DNA of 64,000 nt, from the NCBI GenBank assembly GCA_964496425.1, contig CAZBZO010000001.1:71265-135264 (forward strand), in the 5' to 3' direction. Source of the stretch: an uncultured Candidatus Saccharibacteria bacterium (GTDB taxonomy: Bacteria; Patescibacteriota; Minisyncoccia; Phycocordibacterales; UBA9973). The stretch's first letter is position 1; every line of letters begins with the position of its first letter. Of the stretch, positions 35,991 through 45,248 are shown piece by piece. The position numbers and the translations under genes are program-made. The notes under the pieces are model-generated. The model ran no database searches and had not been told where the DNA came from. It saw nothing but the letters and a program-made list of their open reading frames with translations.

Positions 35991-36656
35991 TTATTTTTTT
36001 ATTTTACTCGTAAGGAATTTAATACTCTCTTCAGGATTTTCAAGTACTAAGTACGGGTATGACATCACGTCGACAACATTCAAATTGTTAACGGTATCGA
36101 TCGAGACAGCCGGGAGATTACGGAAACTTTTCATTGTCGCAGGATCTTTTTTTGAAAGCGCGACATGTGTTGTTTTACTTTTCACACGAGCAAGTTTTGC
36201 AAATCCTTCTATTCCCGCAAAGGTCGAAAGTACTGACGCAGCATCTTTGGTCTTCATTGCACCGAGTTCTAAAGAATCAATAAACAAAATATGACCATCT
36301 TTATACTTGCGTGAAAGCGCCGTATAGAGTGCCTTGATGCGCATTTTCTTGTTGATTTTTTTGTCGTAGTTTTTTTCTGCGAGTGGACCATGGGTAATAC
36401 CGCCGCCTTTCCAGATCGGAGAACGTGTTGATCCATGACGAGCCTGACCGGTACCTTTTTGTTTCCATGGCTTTCGGCCACCTCCACGCACTTCCCCGCG
36501 TCCTTTGGTATCAGCGGTACCTGCACGCTTGTTGCTCTGCATAGCAGTGACGACTTGGTGCACAAGATCAGCATTCCATTTCAAGCCAAAAATTTCTTCT
36601 GGGAGCGAGACCATGCCTTTTGATTTTCCTTTTTGATTGTAGAGTGTTGTTTCCAT
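35991..36656 (-). CDS. rplD: 50S ribosomal protein L4
   Basis: METTLYNQKGKSKGMVSLPEEIFG... is L4; ATG at 36656 avoids overlap with rplC. Confidence 0.9.
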   Translation of the reverse strand: METTLYNQKGKSKGMVSLPEEIFGLKWNADLVHQVVTAMQSNKRAGTADTKGRGEVRGGGRKPWKQKGTGQARHGSTRSPIWKGGGITHGPLAEKNYDKKINKKMRIKALYTALSRKYKDGHILFIDSLELGAMKTKDAASVLSTFAGIEGFAKLARVKSKTTHVALSKKDPATMKSFRNLPAVSIDTVNNLNVVDVMSYPYLVLENPEESIKFLTSKIKK

Positions 36657-36660
36657 ATGA

Positions 36661-37278
36661 TTATGCTCCGATGATCTCAAGCACAGTACCACGACGACCT
36701 GGTACCGCTCCACTGACGAGTAGTTGGTTGCTGCTTTCATCAACAGCGAGGATTTTCAGATTTTTGATTGTAATACGATCGCCGCCGGTGCGTCCTGCCA
36801 TGCGCATGCCTTTTGGCACACGATTACGAAGACCGCCACCAATAGATCCTGGCTCACGCTCAGAATGCTTCTGACCGTGCGTACGAGGACCACCATGGAA
36901 CCCATGACGCTTCACGACACCTTGAAACCCTTTACTTTTTGAAATGCCAGACACCACCACCATATCACCGTCTTTGAATGAAGAAACATTGATTGCATCT
37001 CCCAACTTGATATCTGTAGCGTCAGCCTCCTCGAGACGAAATTCTTTGGTATATCGGAAAAGCCCAAGGGACTTCATGTGGCCGAGGTTGGCTTTTTTAA
37101 TTCGAGATTCTTTTTGTGTTCCATAGCCCACCTGAACAGCACGGTAGCCGTCGCTGTCTTTGGATTTCACTTGCGTGATAACAACAGGACCCGCAGAAAT
37201 AATCGTCGCCGGATATACTTTGCCGTCTGGGGAGAAAAACTGCGTCATTTCTTTTTTTGTACCTAATATATATTTCAT
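36661..37278 (-). CDS. rplC: 50S ribosomal protein L3
   Basis: MKYILGTKKEMTQFF... is L3; ATG at 37278. Confidence 0.9.
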   Translation of the reverse strand: MKYILGTKKEMTQFFSPDGKVYPATIISAGPVVITQVKSKDSDGYRAVQVGYGTQKESRIKKANLGHMKSLGLFRYTKEFRLEEADATDIKLGDAINVSSFKDGDMVVVSGISKSKGFQGVVKRHGFHGGPRTHGQKHSEREPGSIGGGLRNRVPKGMRMAGRTGGDRITIKNLKILAVDESSNQLLVSGAVPGRRGTVLEIIGA

Positions 37279-37356
37279 ACAGTATACGTGGTAAGTGCGA
37301 AGCGAATAGGCAGGGAGGATCACTCGCTCCTCATCGCTTTTTACTCTCCACTTTCT

Positions 37357-37740
37357 TTACATCATTTTAACGTCGATTTCAACTCCAGAAGGAAGTGAAA
37401 GATTGGTCAGTGCTTCTACAGTCTTACCATTAGGATTCAAGATATCGATCACGCGCTTGTGCGTACGAATCTCAAATTGTTCTCGGGAGTTTTTGTAGAC
37501 GAAAGGAGAACGGTTGACTGTATACTTTCTGATTTCAGTCGGAAGCGGAGTCGGTCCCATGATCTTGGCATCGTGCCGAAGCGCGGTGTCCATGATCTGC
37601 TTGACTGATGCATCGAGGATTTTGTTCTCGTATGCTCGGACTCGGATCCGAAGACGGATATCTCCTTCCTTCTTTTCCTTGTCTGCCGCTTTCGGCTTTG
37701 TGGCCTTCGCTGTTTTTGGTTTTGTTGATTTAACTGGCAT
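37357..37740 (-). CDS. rpsJ: 30S ribosomal protein S10 (Lys-rich N-terminal extension)
   Basis: IRLRIRVRAYENKILDASVKQIMD... is S10. Confidence 0.9.
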   Translation of the reverse strand: MPVKSTKPKTAKATKPKAADKEKKEGDIRLRIRVRAYENKILDASVKQIMDTALRHDAKIMGPTPLPTEIRKYTVNRSPFVYKNSREQFEIRTHKRVIDILNPNGKTVEALTNLSLPSGVEIDVKMM

Positions 37741-37817
37741 GAGATTTAAGATTTAAGGAACGCAAATTAGGATTTGTACTCTCTTCTAAAATCTCTAATC
37801 TGCGAACTAACCTGTTG

Positions 37818-39017
37818 CTAGGCAACAATTTTAGTTACGACACCAGCGCCGACAGTCTTGCCGCCTTCGCGAATAGCAAAACGTTGCTGCGCTTCAAGTG
37901 CTACTGGAGTAACAAGTTTTACTTTAAATTGCACTGTATCGCCAGGCATAACCATTTCTTTTCCTTCTGGAAGAGTCACATCGCCAGTCACGTCTGTTGT
38001 ACGGATGTAAAACTGTGGCTTGTATCCTGAGAAAAATGGAGTGTGGCGTCCACCTTCTTCCTTTTTCAAGATGTACACTTCTGATTCAAATTCTGAGTGA
38101 GGAGTAACAGAACCTGGCTTGGCAAGAACTTGTCCGCGAGTCAGGTCTTCTTTTTTCGTACCACGGAGCAAAATACCAGCGTTGTCGCCTGCCATACCTT
38201 CTTTCAAGTTCTTGTTGAACATTTCAATACCAGTCACGGTCGTCTTCATAGTATCTTTGATACCGATGATTTCGATATCTTCACCAACTTTGACGACACC
38301 GCGTTCAATACGACCGGTCACCACAGTGCCGCGGCCTTCGATTGAAAAGATGTCTTCGATCGGCATAAGGAATGGCTTTGCAACATCGCGCTCAGGAACT
38401 GGGATATAGGTATCAAGCGCATTTGCAAGTTCGAGAACTTTCTTTGCCCATTCATCATCGTTTGAAGAAGATTCAAGGGCCTTGAGACCACTTCCGCGGA
38501 TTACTGGACAGCCAGCACCGTCAAATCCTTGTTTGGTAAGGAGTTCGCGAACTTCTTCTTCCACGAGGTCGATGAGTTCTTTATCATCCACCATGTCGCA
38601 CTTGTTGAGGAACACGATGATCTTTGGCACGCCGACTTGGTGAGCCAAAAGGATGTGTTCACGTGTCTGTGGCATCACACCGTCAGTTGCAGCCACGACA
38701 ATAATAGCGCCGTCCATTTGAGCGGCACCAGTAATCATGTTTTTGATGTAGTCAGCGTGACCAGGCGCATCGATGTGCGCATAGTGACGAGTAGGAGTTT
38801 CGTATTCGTTGTGAGAAAGGGCGATCGTAATACCACGAGCCTTTTCTTCAGGCGCGTTGTCGATACCGTCCACGCCTTTGACCTTTGCAGAATATCCCGC
38901 GCCTTGGCGAGAGAGGATGGTCAAAATAGCTGCTGTTAATGTAGTCTTTCCATGGTCAACGTGGCCGATAGTACCGACGTTAACGTGAGGCTTATCTCTT
39001 TTAAATTCTTCTGCCAT
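37818..39017 (-). CDS. tuf: Elongation factor Tu
   Basis: [30 protein letters not shown]...; G1-G4 motifs. Confidence 0.96.
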   Translation of the reverse strand: MAEEFKRDKPHVNVGTIGHVDHGKTTLTAAILTILSRQGAGYSAKVKGVDGIDNAPEEKARGITIALSHNEYETPTRHYAHIDAPGHADYIKNMITGAAQMDGAIIVVAATDGVMPQTREHILLAHQVGVPKIIVFLNKCDMVDDKELIDLVEEEVRELLTKQGFDGAGCPVIRGSGLKALESSSNDDEWAKKVLELANALDTYIPVPERDVAKPFLMPIEDIFSIEGRGTVVTGRIERGVVKVGEDIEIIGIKDTMKTTVTGIEMFNKNLKEGMAGDNAGILLRGTKKEDLTRGQVLAKPGSVTPHSEFESEVYILKKEEGGRHTPFFSGYKPQFYIRTTDVTGDVTLPEGKEMVMPGDTVQFKVKLVTPVALEAQQRFAIREGGKTVGAGVVTKIVA

Positions 39018-39244
39018 ATAGCAATAAGTGCGTTGGTTAATAATCAAAGCAAATGCAAGAACCAGCCTTTGCTTTAATTACGAACGCGCATAACTAAATT
39101 AATAAATGTGTGCTTTTAATAAAAAAGCCCACAAAATGCGAGTTCTCCCATCTTAGCAGATCCTTTTAGAATGTCAAATCACTTTTCCTCAAAACGAAAA
39201 CAGCCCCGATACTTAGGGCTGTTTTCTGAAAATTCACTACGTAT

Positions 39245-41395
39245 TTATTTACGAGCTGTGATAATTCCTTCGGCCACATTTTGCGGCACAATATCGTAAC
39301 GGAGGAATTCCATCGTAAATCCGGCGCGGCCTTCGGTCATTGAGCGGAGTGAAGTCATATAGCCAAACATTTCCGAGAGCGGCACGATAGCTTTCACCAC
39401 TTTGTTCATACCGCGATCTTCCATACCTTCGATCAGCCCACGTTTTGAAGAAAGGTTACCGGTCACATCACCCATGAATTTATCCGGCGTCACCACTTCG
39501 ACTTTCATCATCGGTTCAAGGATCACTGGGCGAGCTGCTTTGGCAGCATCTTGCACGGCCATAGAAGCAGCGATTTTGAAGGCCATTTCGTTGGAGTCCA
39601 CTTCGTGGAAAGAACCATCCCAGAGATCCACGGATACATCCACCATTTTAAATCCAGCAAGTATTCCACGATCAAGTCCTTCACGAAAACCTTTTTCAAC
39701 TGGTGCAATGTATTCTTGCGGAATCGCGCCTCCTTTGATGTTGTTGATGAATTCAAAGTGCGCATCACGCTTAGTGTTGCGTGGTAAGTCTTCGATCTGT
39801 TCTTTGGTGAGAGACATGTCCATCGGCTTGATTTTGATTTTGACGTGTCCGTAGTTACCACGGCCTCCAGTCTGCTTGATATATTTGCCTTCAGCATCAG
39901 CGGCTGCAGTAATGGTTTCGCGATAGGCTACTTGCGGCTTACCGACGTTGGCTTCCACAGTAAATTCGCGCTTCATACGATCAACAATAATTTCCAAGTG
40001 GAGCTCTCCCATACCAGCGATGATCGTCTCTCCTGTTTCTTGATCGGTCGAAACACGGAACGTCGGATCTTCTTGCGCAAGGCGATTGAGCGCCATACCC
40101 ATTTTTTCTTGGTCGGCTTTAGTTTTTGGTTCAATACGAAGTGAGATGACTGGTTCTGGGAAGACGATACGGTTGAGCTCGATAGGCGCTGTTTCGTCAC
40201 AGAGCGTGTCGGAAGTAATCGTATCTTTGAGTCCCACAGCTGCGGCGATTTCTCCGGCATACACTTTTTTCACTTCTTCACGATCGTTGGCGTGCATGCG
40301 AAGAATACGGCCAATGCGCTCCTTGTTGCGAGTGCGCGGATTGTAGACATATGAGCCAGCAGTGAGCTGGCCTGAATAGACGCGGAAGAAAATAAGCTGA
40401 CCGACGAATGGATCAGTCGCGACTTTGAAAGCGAGAGCTGAAAAAGGCTCGCTATCTGAGGCATGGCGCACCATTGGCTCTTCAGTGTCAGGATTGATAC
40501 CTGGGATTGGAGGAATATCGGTCGGCGCTGGAAGATAGTCCACCACTGCATCGAGTACAAGCTGTACACCTTTGTTTTTGAGTGCTGAGCCGGCAAAGAC
40601 TGGGAAAATAAGGTTGGCGATGACTGCAGCACGAAGTGTTTTCTTCAAAGTATCAACATCAGGTACTTTACCTTCGAGATATTCTGTCATCAAAGTATCG
40701 TCTGTCTCGACAATTTTTTCTATCAACATTGAGTGATATTTTTCTGCTTCAGCTTTGAGTTCGTCAGGGATATCTTTTTCGATCACTTTGTTACCCATAT
40801 CGCCTTCAAAATAGTAGGCTTTCATCTTGAGGAGATCCACGACACCTTCATGTTTTTCTTCAAGTCCGATTGGGATTTGCATGCGCACTGCCGCTTTATT
40901 TAGGCGGTCAAGAATCGTCGCAAAGGAATGTTCAAATGAAGCTCCAGTACGATCGAGCTTGTTGATGAAACAAATACGTGGCACTTTTGCTTCGTCAGCA
41001 TAGCGCCAGTTAGTTTCGGATTGTGGTTCAACCCCTGCCACGCCATCAAAGACCACCACCGCACCGTCCAAGACGCGAAGTGAACGCTTCACTTCGACCG
41101 TAAAGTCGATGTGCCCGGGAGTATCGATAATATTGAAACGATGCTTTTTGTTTTTATCCGTAAGCGCATAGGTCGGTGTCCAAAAACAAGTCACCGCCGC
41201 AGAGGTGATCGTGATACCGCGTTCGCGTTCTTGTTCCATCCAGTCAGTGGTCGTCTCACCGTCATGCACTTCACCAATCTTGTGCGACACGCCGGTATAA
41301 TAGAGCACGCGCTCAGTGGTCGTGGTTTTACCCGCATCAATGTGGGCGATGATTCCGAAATTGCGAACTTTTTCTAGTGGATAGTCTCTTTCCAT
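39245..41395 (-). CDS. fusA: Elongation factor G
   Basis: [24 protein letters not shown]...; 716 aa with all five EF-G domains. Confidence 0.96.
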   Translation of the reverse strand: MERDYPLEKVRNFGIIAHIDAGKTTTTERVLYYTGVSHKIGEVHDGETTTDWMEQERERGITITSAAVTCFWTPTYALTDKNKKHRFNIIDTPGHIDFTVEVKRSLRVLDGAVVVFDGVAGVEPQSETNWRYADEAKVPRICFINKLDRTGASFEHSFATILDRLNKAAVRMQIPIGLEEKHEGVVDLLKMKAYYFEGDMGNKVIEKDIPDELKAEAEKYHSMLIEKIVETDDTLMTEYLEGKVPDVDTLKKTLRAAVIANLIFPVFAGSALKNKGVQLVLDAVVDYLPAPTDIPPIPGINPDTEEPMVRHASDSEPFSALAFKVATDPFVGQLIFFRVYSGQLTAGSYVYNPRTRNKERIGRILRMHANDREEVKKVYAGEIAAAVGLKDTITSDTLCDETAPIELNRIVFPEPVISLRIEPKTKADQEKMGMALNRLAQEDPTFRVSTDQETGETIIAGMGELHLEIIVDRMKREFTVEANVGKPQVAYRETITAAADAEGKYIKQTGGRGNYGHVKIKIKPMDMSLTKEQIEDLPRNTKRDAHFEFINNIKGGAIPQEYIAPVEKGFREGLDRGILAGFKMVDVSVDLWDGSFHEVDSNEMAFKIAASMAVQDAAKAARPVILEPMMKVEVVTPDKFMGDVTGNLSSKRGLIEGMEDRGMNKVVKAIVPLSEMFGYMTSLRSMTEGRAGFTMEFLRYDIVPQNVAEGIITARK

Positions 41396-41507
41396 GGATT
41401 ATAAGATTGGGATTTAGTGAATAAAACAAAAAAGACTGGCGTCTTTAGTGCATAGAATATACGATATATATGAGAAATTTGCAAATCAATTAATCGCCAT
41501 TTGGAGA

Positions 41508-41548
41508 CCCAAAACAAAAACTCTCTTTCGAGAGTTTTTGTTTTGGGG
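41508..41548. other. 18-bp stem-loop between rpsG and fusA (no U tract on the coding strand)
   Basis: CCCAAAACAAAAACTCTC-tttcg-AGAGTTTTTGTTTTGGG. Confidence 0.4.
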
Positions 41549-41559
41549 TATTTTTGTGA

Positions 41560-42030
41560 TTACCAGGCGAAGTGGGCGAATGCTTTGTTGGATTCGGCCA
41601 TTTTGCGTGTATCTTCACGTTTTTTGACTGCAGCACCTTCGTTTTTCGAAGCGGCAATGATTTCATCGGCAAGTTTCATGTGCATAGCCATACCTTTCTT
41701 GCTGCGAGCAGCTTCGATGATCCAGCGGATCGCCATAGTTGTGCGGCGGTCAGGACGAACTTCACGAGGCACCTGGTAGTTGGCGCCACCGATTCGGCGT
41801 GAGCGCACTTCCATAAGTGGACCGGCGTTTTTAATAGCTGTATCAAATACTTCAAGTGGATTTGGGTTGTCTGTCTTTTCTTTGATGACGTCGAGCGCAC
41901 CATAGACGATTTTCCGAGCAGTTTCTTTTTTGCCGCTCCACATCACGGTATTGATAAACTTCTCAAGTTTCGTTGAGTTGTAGACCAAGTCCGGATTTAC
42001 CATATTTCGATTTTTTACTTTTCTTCGCAT
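41560..42030 (-). CDS. rpsG: 30S ribosomal protein S7
   Basis: 156-aa S7 sequence (KFINTVMWSGKKETARKIVYGAL...). Confidence 0.9.
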   Translation of the reverse strand: MRRKVKNRNMVNPDLVYNSTKLEKFINTVMWSGKKETARKIVYGALDVIKEKTDNPNPLEVFDTAIKNAGPLMEVRSRRIGGANYQVPREVRPDRRTTMAIRWIIEAARSKKGMAMHMKLADEIIAASKNEGAAVKKREDTRKMAESNKAFAHFAW

Positions 42031-42062
42031 GTTTAAATATTAGAAATTAGAAATTAGAAATT

Positions 42063-42494
42063 TTATTTTTTCTTGTCCCCACCTGCCTTTGGTCGCTTGT
42101 TACCGTAGAGTGAGCGGCCTTGGCGTCGAGCCTCCACACCAGTCGCATCGAGACGTCCGCGGACAATATGATATCGCACTCCGATCAAGTCTTTCACGCG
42201 ACCGCCGCGGAGCATGACCACTGAGTGTTCTTGAAGATTGTGTCCCATACCTGGAATATATGCAGTCACTTCCATACCGTTGGTGAGACGTACACGGGCG
42301 ATTTTTCGGAGCGCTGAGTTTGGCTTCTTTGGAGTCGTAGTTGAGACTTTAGTGCACACGCCGCGCTTAAATGGCGCAGGATAAAAGACTGGGCGATTTT
42401 TCAAAGCGTTGAAACCACGAGCAAGAGCCACCGCTTTTGACTTTTGGGTGACTTTTTTCCGGCGTTTCTTTATGAGTTGGTTGATGGTTGGCAT
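42063..42494 (-). CDS. rpsL: 30S ribosomal protein S12
   Basis: [14 protein letters not shown]...[10 protein letters not shown]... is the canonical S12. Confidence 0.95.
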   Translation of the reverse strand: MPTINQLIKKRRKKVTQKSKAVALARGFNALKNRPVFYPAPFKRGVCTKVSTTTPKKPNSALRKIARVRLTNGMEVTAYIPGMGHNLQEHSVVMLRGGRVKDLIGVRYHIVRGRLDATGVEARRQGRSLYGNKRPKAGGDKKK

Positions 42495-42677
42495 TCCGCT
42501 TTTGGCTAAAATAAAATAGTCCCTAGGACTAGTAGGAGTACTCTACTATGACATATATAAAAAAGCAAGGGGGAAAAACTGTTCTTGGGTCAAGGGAGCA
42601 ACCATGTAAAAAACTTATGGTATAGTACAAACAAAAGAAAATTCTGATATTCCTAACATAAAATACCAAAAACTGCC

Positions 42678-43049
42678 ATGAAAAATATACTCTTCCTTTA
42701 CATTGCACTGCTGTCAATCTTTGTATCAAACCTGTGCATCGCACAGAACGTACAAAACACAGACAAAAAAGTACAAACAAGGTATGATGCCACTGCGATT
42801 GTGCTCCAATGGTTGCCCGGTTTTCCTTCGATAACTAGAGCGACCGGAACTCAGTGGAATACATCAGATGTAATCATTGAGTATTTCAGAGGATCTAAAG
42901 GGAAACTGGAGATTCTTACGGAGACAGAAGTGAATATAAGAACTACTATTACCAACGGTATCATTGAAGTCAAAGTTATAGACAATACTACTCCAACAAA
43001 AGAAGTCTTGATTGGTATCACACCCAAATCAAGAAACCCTGGTATCTAA
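42678..43049 (+). CDS. Small secreted hypothetical protein
   Basis: Signal peptide MKNILFLYIALLSIFVSNLCIAQ; followed by an intrinsic terminator. Confidence 0.5.
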   Translation: MKNILFLYIALLSIFVSNLCIAQNVQNTDKKVQTRYDATAIVLQWLPGFPSITRATGTQWNTSDVIIEYFRGSKGKLEILTETEVNIRTTITNGIIEVKVIDNTTPTKEVLIGITPKSRNPGI

Positions 43050-43067
43050 TAATATTCAATTTAAAAA

Positions 43068-43112
43068 ACAAAGAAAAATAACCTCCGCTTGCGACATGCA
43101 AGCGGTTTTTTA
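43068..43112. terminator. Bidirectional intrinsic terminator (T tract overlaps the stop of the convergent fibre gene)
   Basis: CCGCTTGC-gacat-GCAAGCGG flanked by an A tract and TTTTTTATT. Confidence 0.6.
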
Positions 43113-45209
43113 TTGCGAAAATTCTTCCGCTCTCTGAGAATCATCTTTTTCTCTTCCTTTATCTTCACTATTTTTTATTCCAGGAATATTAAGTGCACTC
43201 TCATTGATGTCCTCCTTAATTATTTCCTCGCGTCCTCCATCGTCTTCCTCGCTATTGCCGCCGCCCCCAGAATTATTTTCAGTGTCATTATGTAAAAGAT
43301 CAATCAACTGCGCCTCCGTTACACACGTATCCCCTATGCAGAGTTTATCGGTATGAACTTCGCCGACAAATATTTTCTTCAAGCCGTTGCCAACACCTTC
43401 AAGATATTTTTTTACGAGCGAACCGAGCGAACCGTCTTTTTTTTCGTCGAGTGAAGCAAGTGGCTCAACTTTTGCATCAAGCTCTTGGATAGCCTTTACC
43501 ATGGGAGCGGCGAGACCTTGATAGTCAAGTTTAAAATAATGAGTGTTGTGATCTTGGCTTACTAAATTCGGAAATACATCTTTTACATCTTGAGCTATAA
43601 ATCCAAATTGCTCCGCATCTGTTGCTCCATTGCCTTGCATCCATGTATTCCAATTAAACGATACCGGATCAAGCGCATTGATTGCAGAGAGACCATCTGT
43701 GGCAGACAGTGAACGGATCTCATCCTTGAGGCGCTCGTCAGATGCAGAGCAGCTCGTCGTAGATGAACCGTTACCGATAGTACAAGTAGTAACGCTGCCC
43801 GTAATCGTAGCATCCCCATTATTTGCAACATTAAATTTAGTGGCACCACCAAGCGCGACATCGAGCAGTCGTTTGGTACCACTCCCAGTTGCTGTTTCTG
43901 TCACATTAAGCAAGAGTCCTGTATACCCGGCCGTGCTTGATTGATTGACTGTTGGTGTAAGTGAAATTAAATTCTGTGTACCGCTTGTGGCCTTATTACT
44001 TGCAAGAAAAGTGCCTACAGTGCTTAAAGAATTAGGATTACTACTGGTAGTTGTTGGGTAGGCAATCTTGAAGACCAGATTACCTCCGACTCCCGTACCA
44101 GTACCCTTGCCGCCAGCAAAATTCAGATGAGTACCAGTATTATCAGTTCCATTTCCTCCGCTTGCATTCAAGGTAACATCGGAAAGTGAGGTGAGGTTTG
44201 AACGCGCTACTGACGCACCAAAATATACATCATTGATGAATTGCGTCGCATCTGAAGGCCGACCGAAGACAAGCTGGTTGCTGGTAGTTGTTTGTGCACC
44301 GTAGCCAATCGCAATTGAATTGGAATGAGCATACGATTCTGCCCCAAGCGAAACTGAGTTACTGAGGTCAGTAATACTACTGGCATTACCGGCATTACCT
44401 CCAAGCGCGACGTTATTACTCCCCGTGACATTCCCAGTGAGTGCATCAACGCCAATCGCAATATTATTTGATCCAGACGTAATTTGATACCCCGCATCAA
44501 CACCAAGCCCAATATTTAAACTTCCAGAGTCTGTTGATTGACCGGCAAAATCTCCAATATAGGTATTCACCTCACCACTCGTCAGCGCAGCCCCAGCAGA
44601 GAGTCCCCAGGTAGTATTGAGCGTGACACCATTGGCCCCGAGAGAATATAGAGTACCGTTCCGCAAAATCGCGCCATCGTTGCGCAACGTCAATGACTTT
44701 GTTGCTGAACTATTTTCCATAGTAAATGCATTGGTTGCCGACGTAGCACCAATACCTTTTACGTGGAGAGTTGCGGTCGGACTTGCAATACCGAGTCCAA
44801 GTCTTGTAGTACTATTATCCCAAACAAAAACAGAATTTTCTTGCAACACATTGCCAGCACCTTCAAAAAGAACGCTATTGGCGGTGCCTGATGTTATGGC
44901 CGTTGTACCCACCGTAAGACCAGCAGAGATGGCAGCCCAGCTTACAACCGTGCCGTTCGTGCTTAAAAATTCTCCTGCATTACCAGTCTGGTCAGGGAAA
45001 GGAGATGCAAAACAATAGGTATCTGTAGGCACACAGGTGGGATCGTTAGTTTCTCCTGGAATATACGGGGAAGCAGGCGGTGTCGCAAAAACTTGGATAG
45101 TAATGGAGAAAACAAATAGGAAGAGGAAGAAAAGAGCGAGCAGAAAATTGTCGCGGGAAAAGAAATGAGCGAGCTTTCGGGCTACTGACATATAGATATT
45201 ATACTTCAA
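43110..45209 (-). CDS. Beta-helical fibre-like surface protein with C-terminal intramolecular-chaperone (peptidase S74 / tail-fibre chaperone-like) domain
   Basis: N-terminal hydrophobic anchor; Gly/Ser/Thr/Asn-rich pseudo-repeats (SNNIAIGVDALTGNVTGSNNVALGGNAGNA...). C-terminal SDERLKDEIRSLSATDGLSAINALDPVSFNWN...FGFIAQDVKDVFPNLV...YFKLDYQGLAAPMVKAIQELDAKV matches the tail-fibre autoproteolytic chaperone pattern. Then VHTDKLCIGDTCVTEAQLIDLL and an acidic tail. Confidence 0.7.
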   Translation of the reverse strand: MKYNIYMSVARKLAHFFSRDNFLLALFFLFLFVFSITIQVFATPPASPYIPGETNDPTCVPTDTYCFASPFPDQTGNAGEFLSTNGTVVSWAAISAGLTVGTTAITSGTANSVLFEGAGNVLQENSVFVWDNSTTRLGLGIASPTATLHVKGIGATSATNAFTMENSSATKSLTLRNDGAILRNGTLYSLGANGVTLNTTWGLSAGAALTSGEVNTYIGDFAGQSTDSGSLNIGLGVDAGYQITSGSNNIAIGVDALTGNVTGSNNVALGGNAGNASSITDLSNSVSLGAESYAHSNSIAIGYGAQTTTSNQLVFGRPSDATQFINDVYFGASVARSNLTSLSDVTLNASGGNGTDNTGTHLNFAGGKGTGTGVGGNLVFKIAYPTTTSSNPNSLSTVGTFLASNKATSGTQNLISLTPTVNQSSTAGYTGLLLNVTETATGSGTKRLLDVALGGATKFNVANNGDATITGSVTTCTIGNGSSTTSCSASDERLKDEIRSLSATDGLSAINALDPVSFNWNTWMQGNGATDAEQFGFIAQDVKDVFPNLVSQDHNTHYFKLDYQGLAAPMVKAIQELDAKVEPLASLDEKKDGSLGSLVKKYLEGVGNGLKKIFVGEVHTDKLCIGDTCVTEAQLIDLLHNDTENNSGGGGNSEEDDGGREEIIKEDINESALNIPGIKNSEDKGREKDDSQRAEEFSQ

Positions 45210-45248
45210 ATACGAGCAAAGTGTTTGTGGAGGAAAATTACTTTTGGT

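Noticed and set aside
39402-40144. Several 80-150-aa ORFs on both strands
   Set aside because: All lie inside or antisense to fusA, whose EF-G identity is unambiguous.
42518-42532. Inverted repeat TAGTCC-cta-GGACTA upstream of rpsL as possible operator
   Set aside because: Only 6-bp arms; too short to distinguish from chance; left as an uncalled observation.
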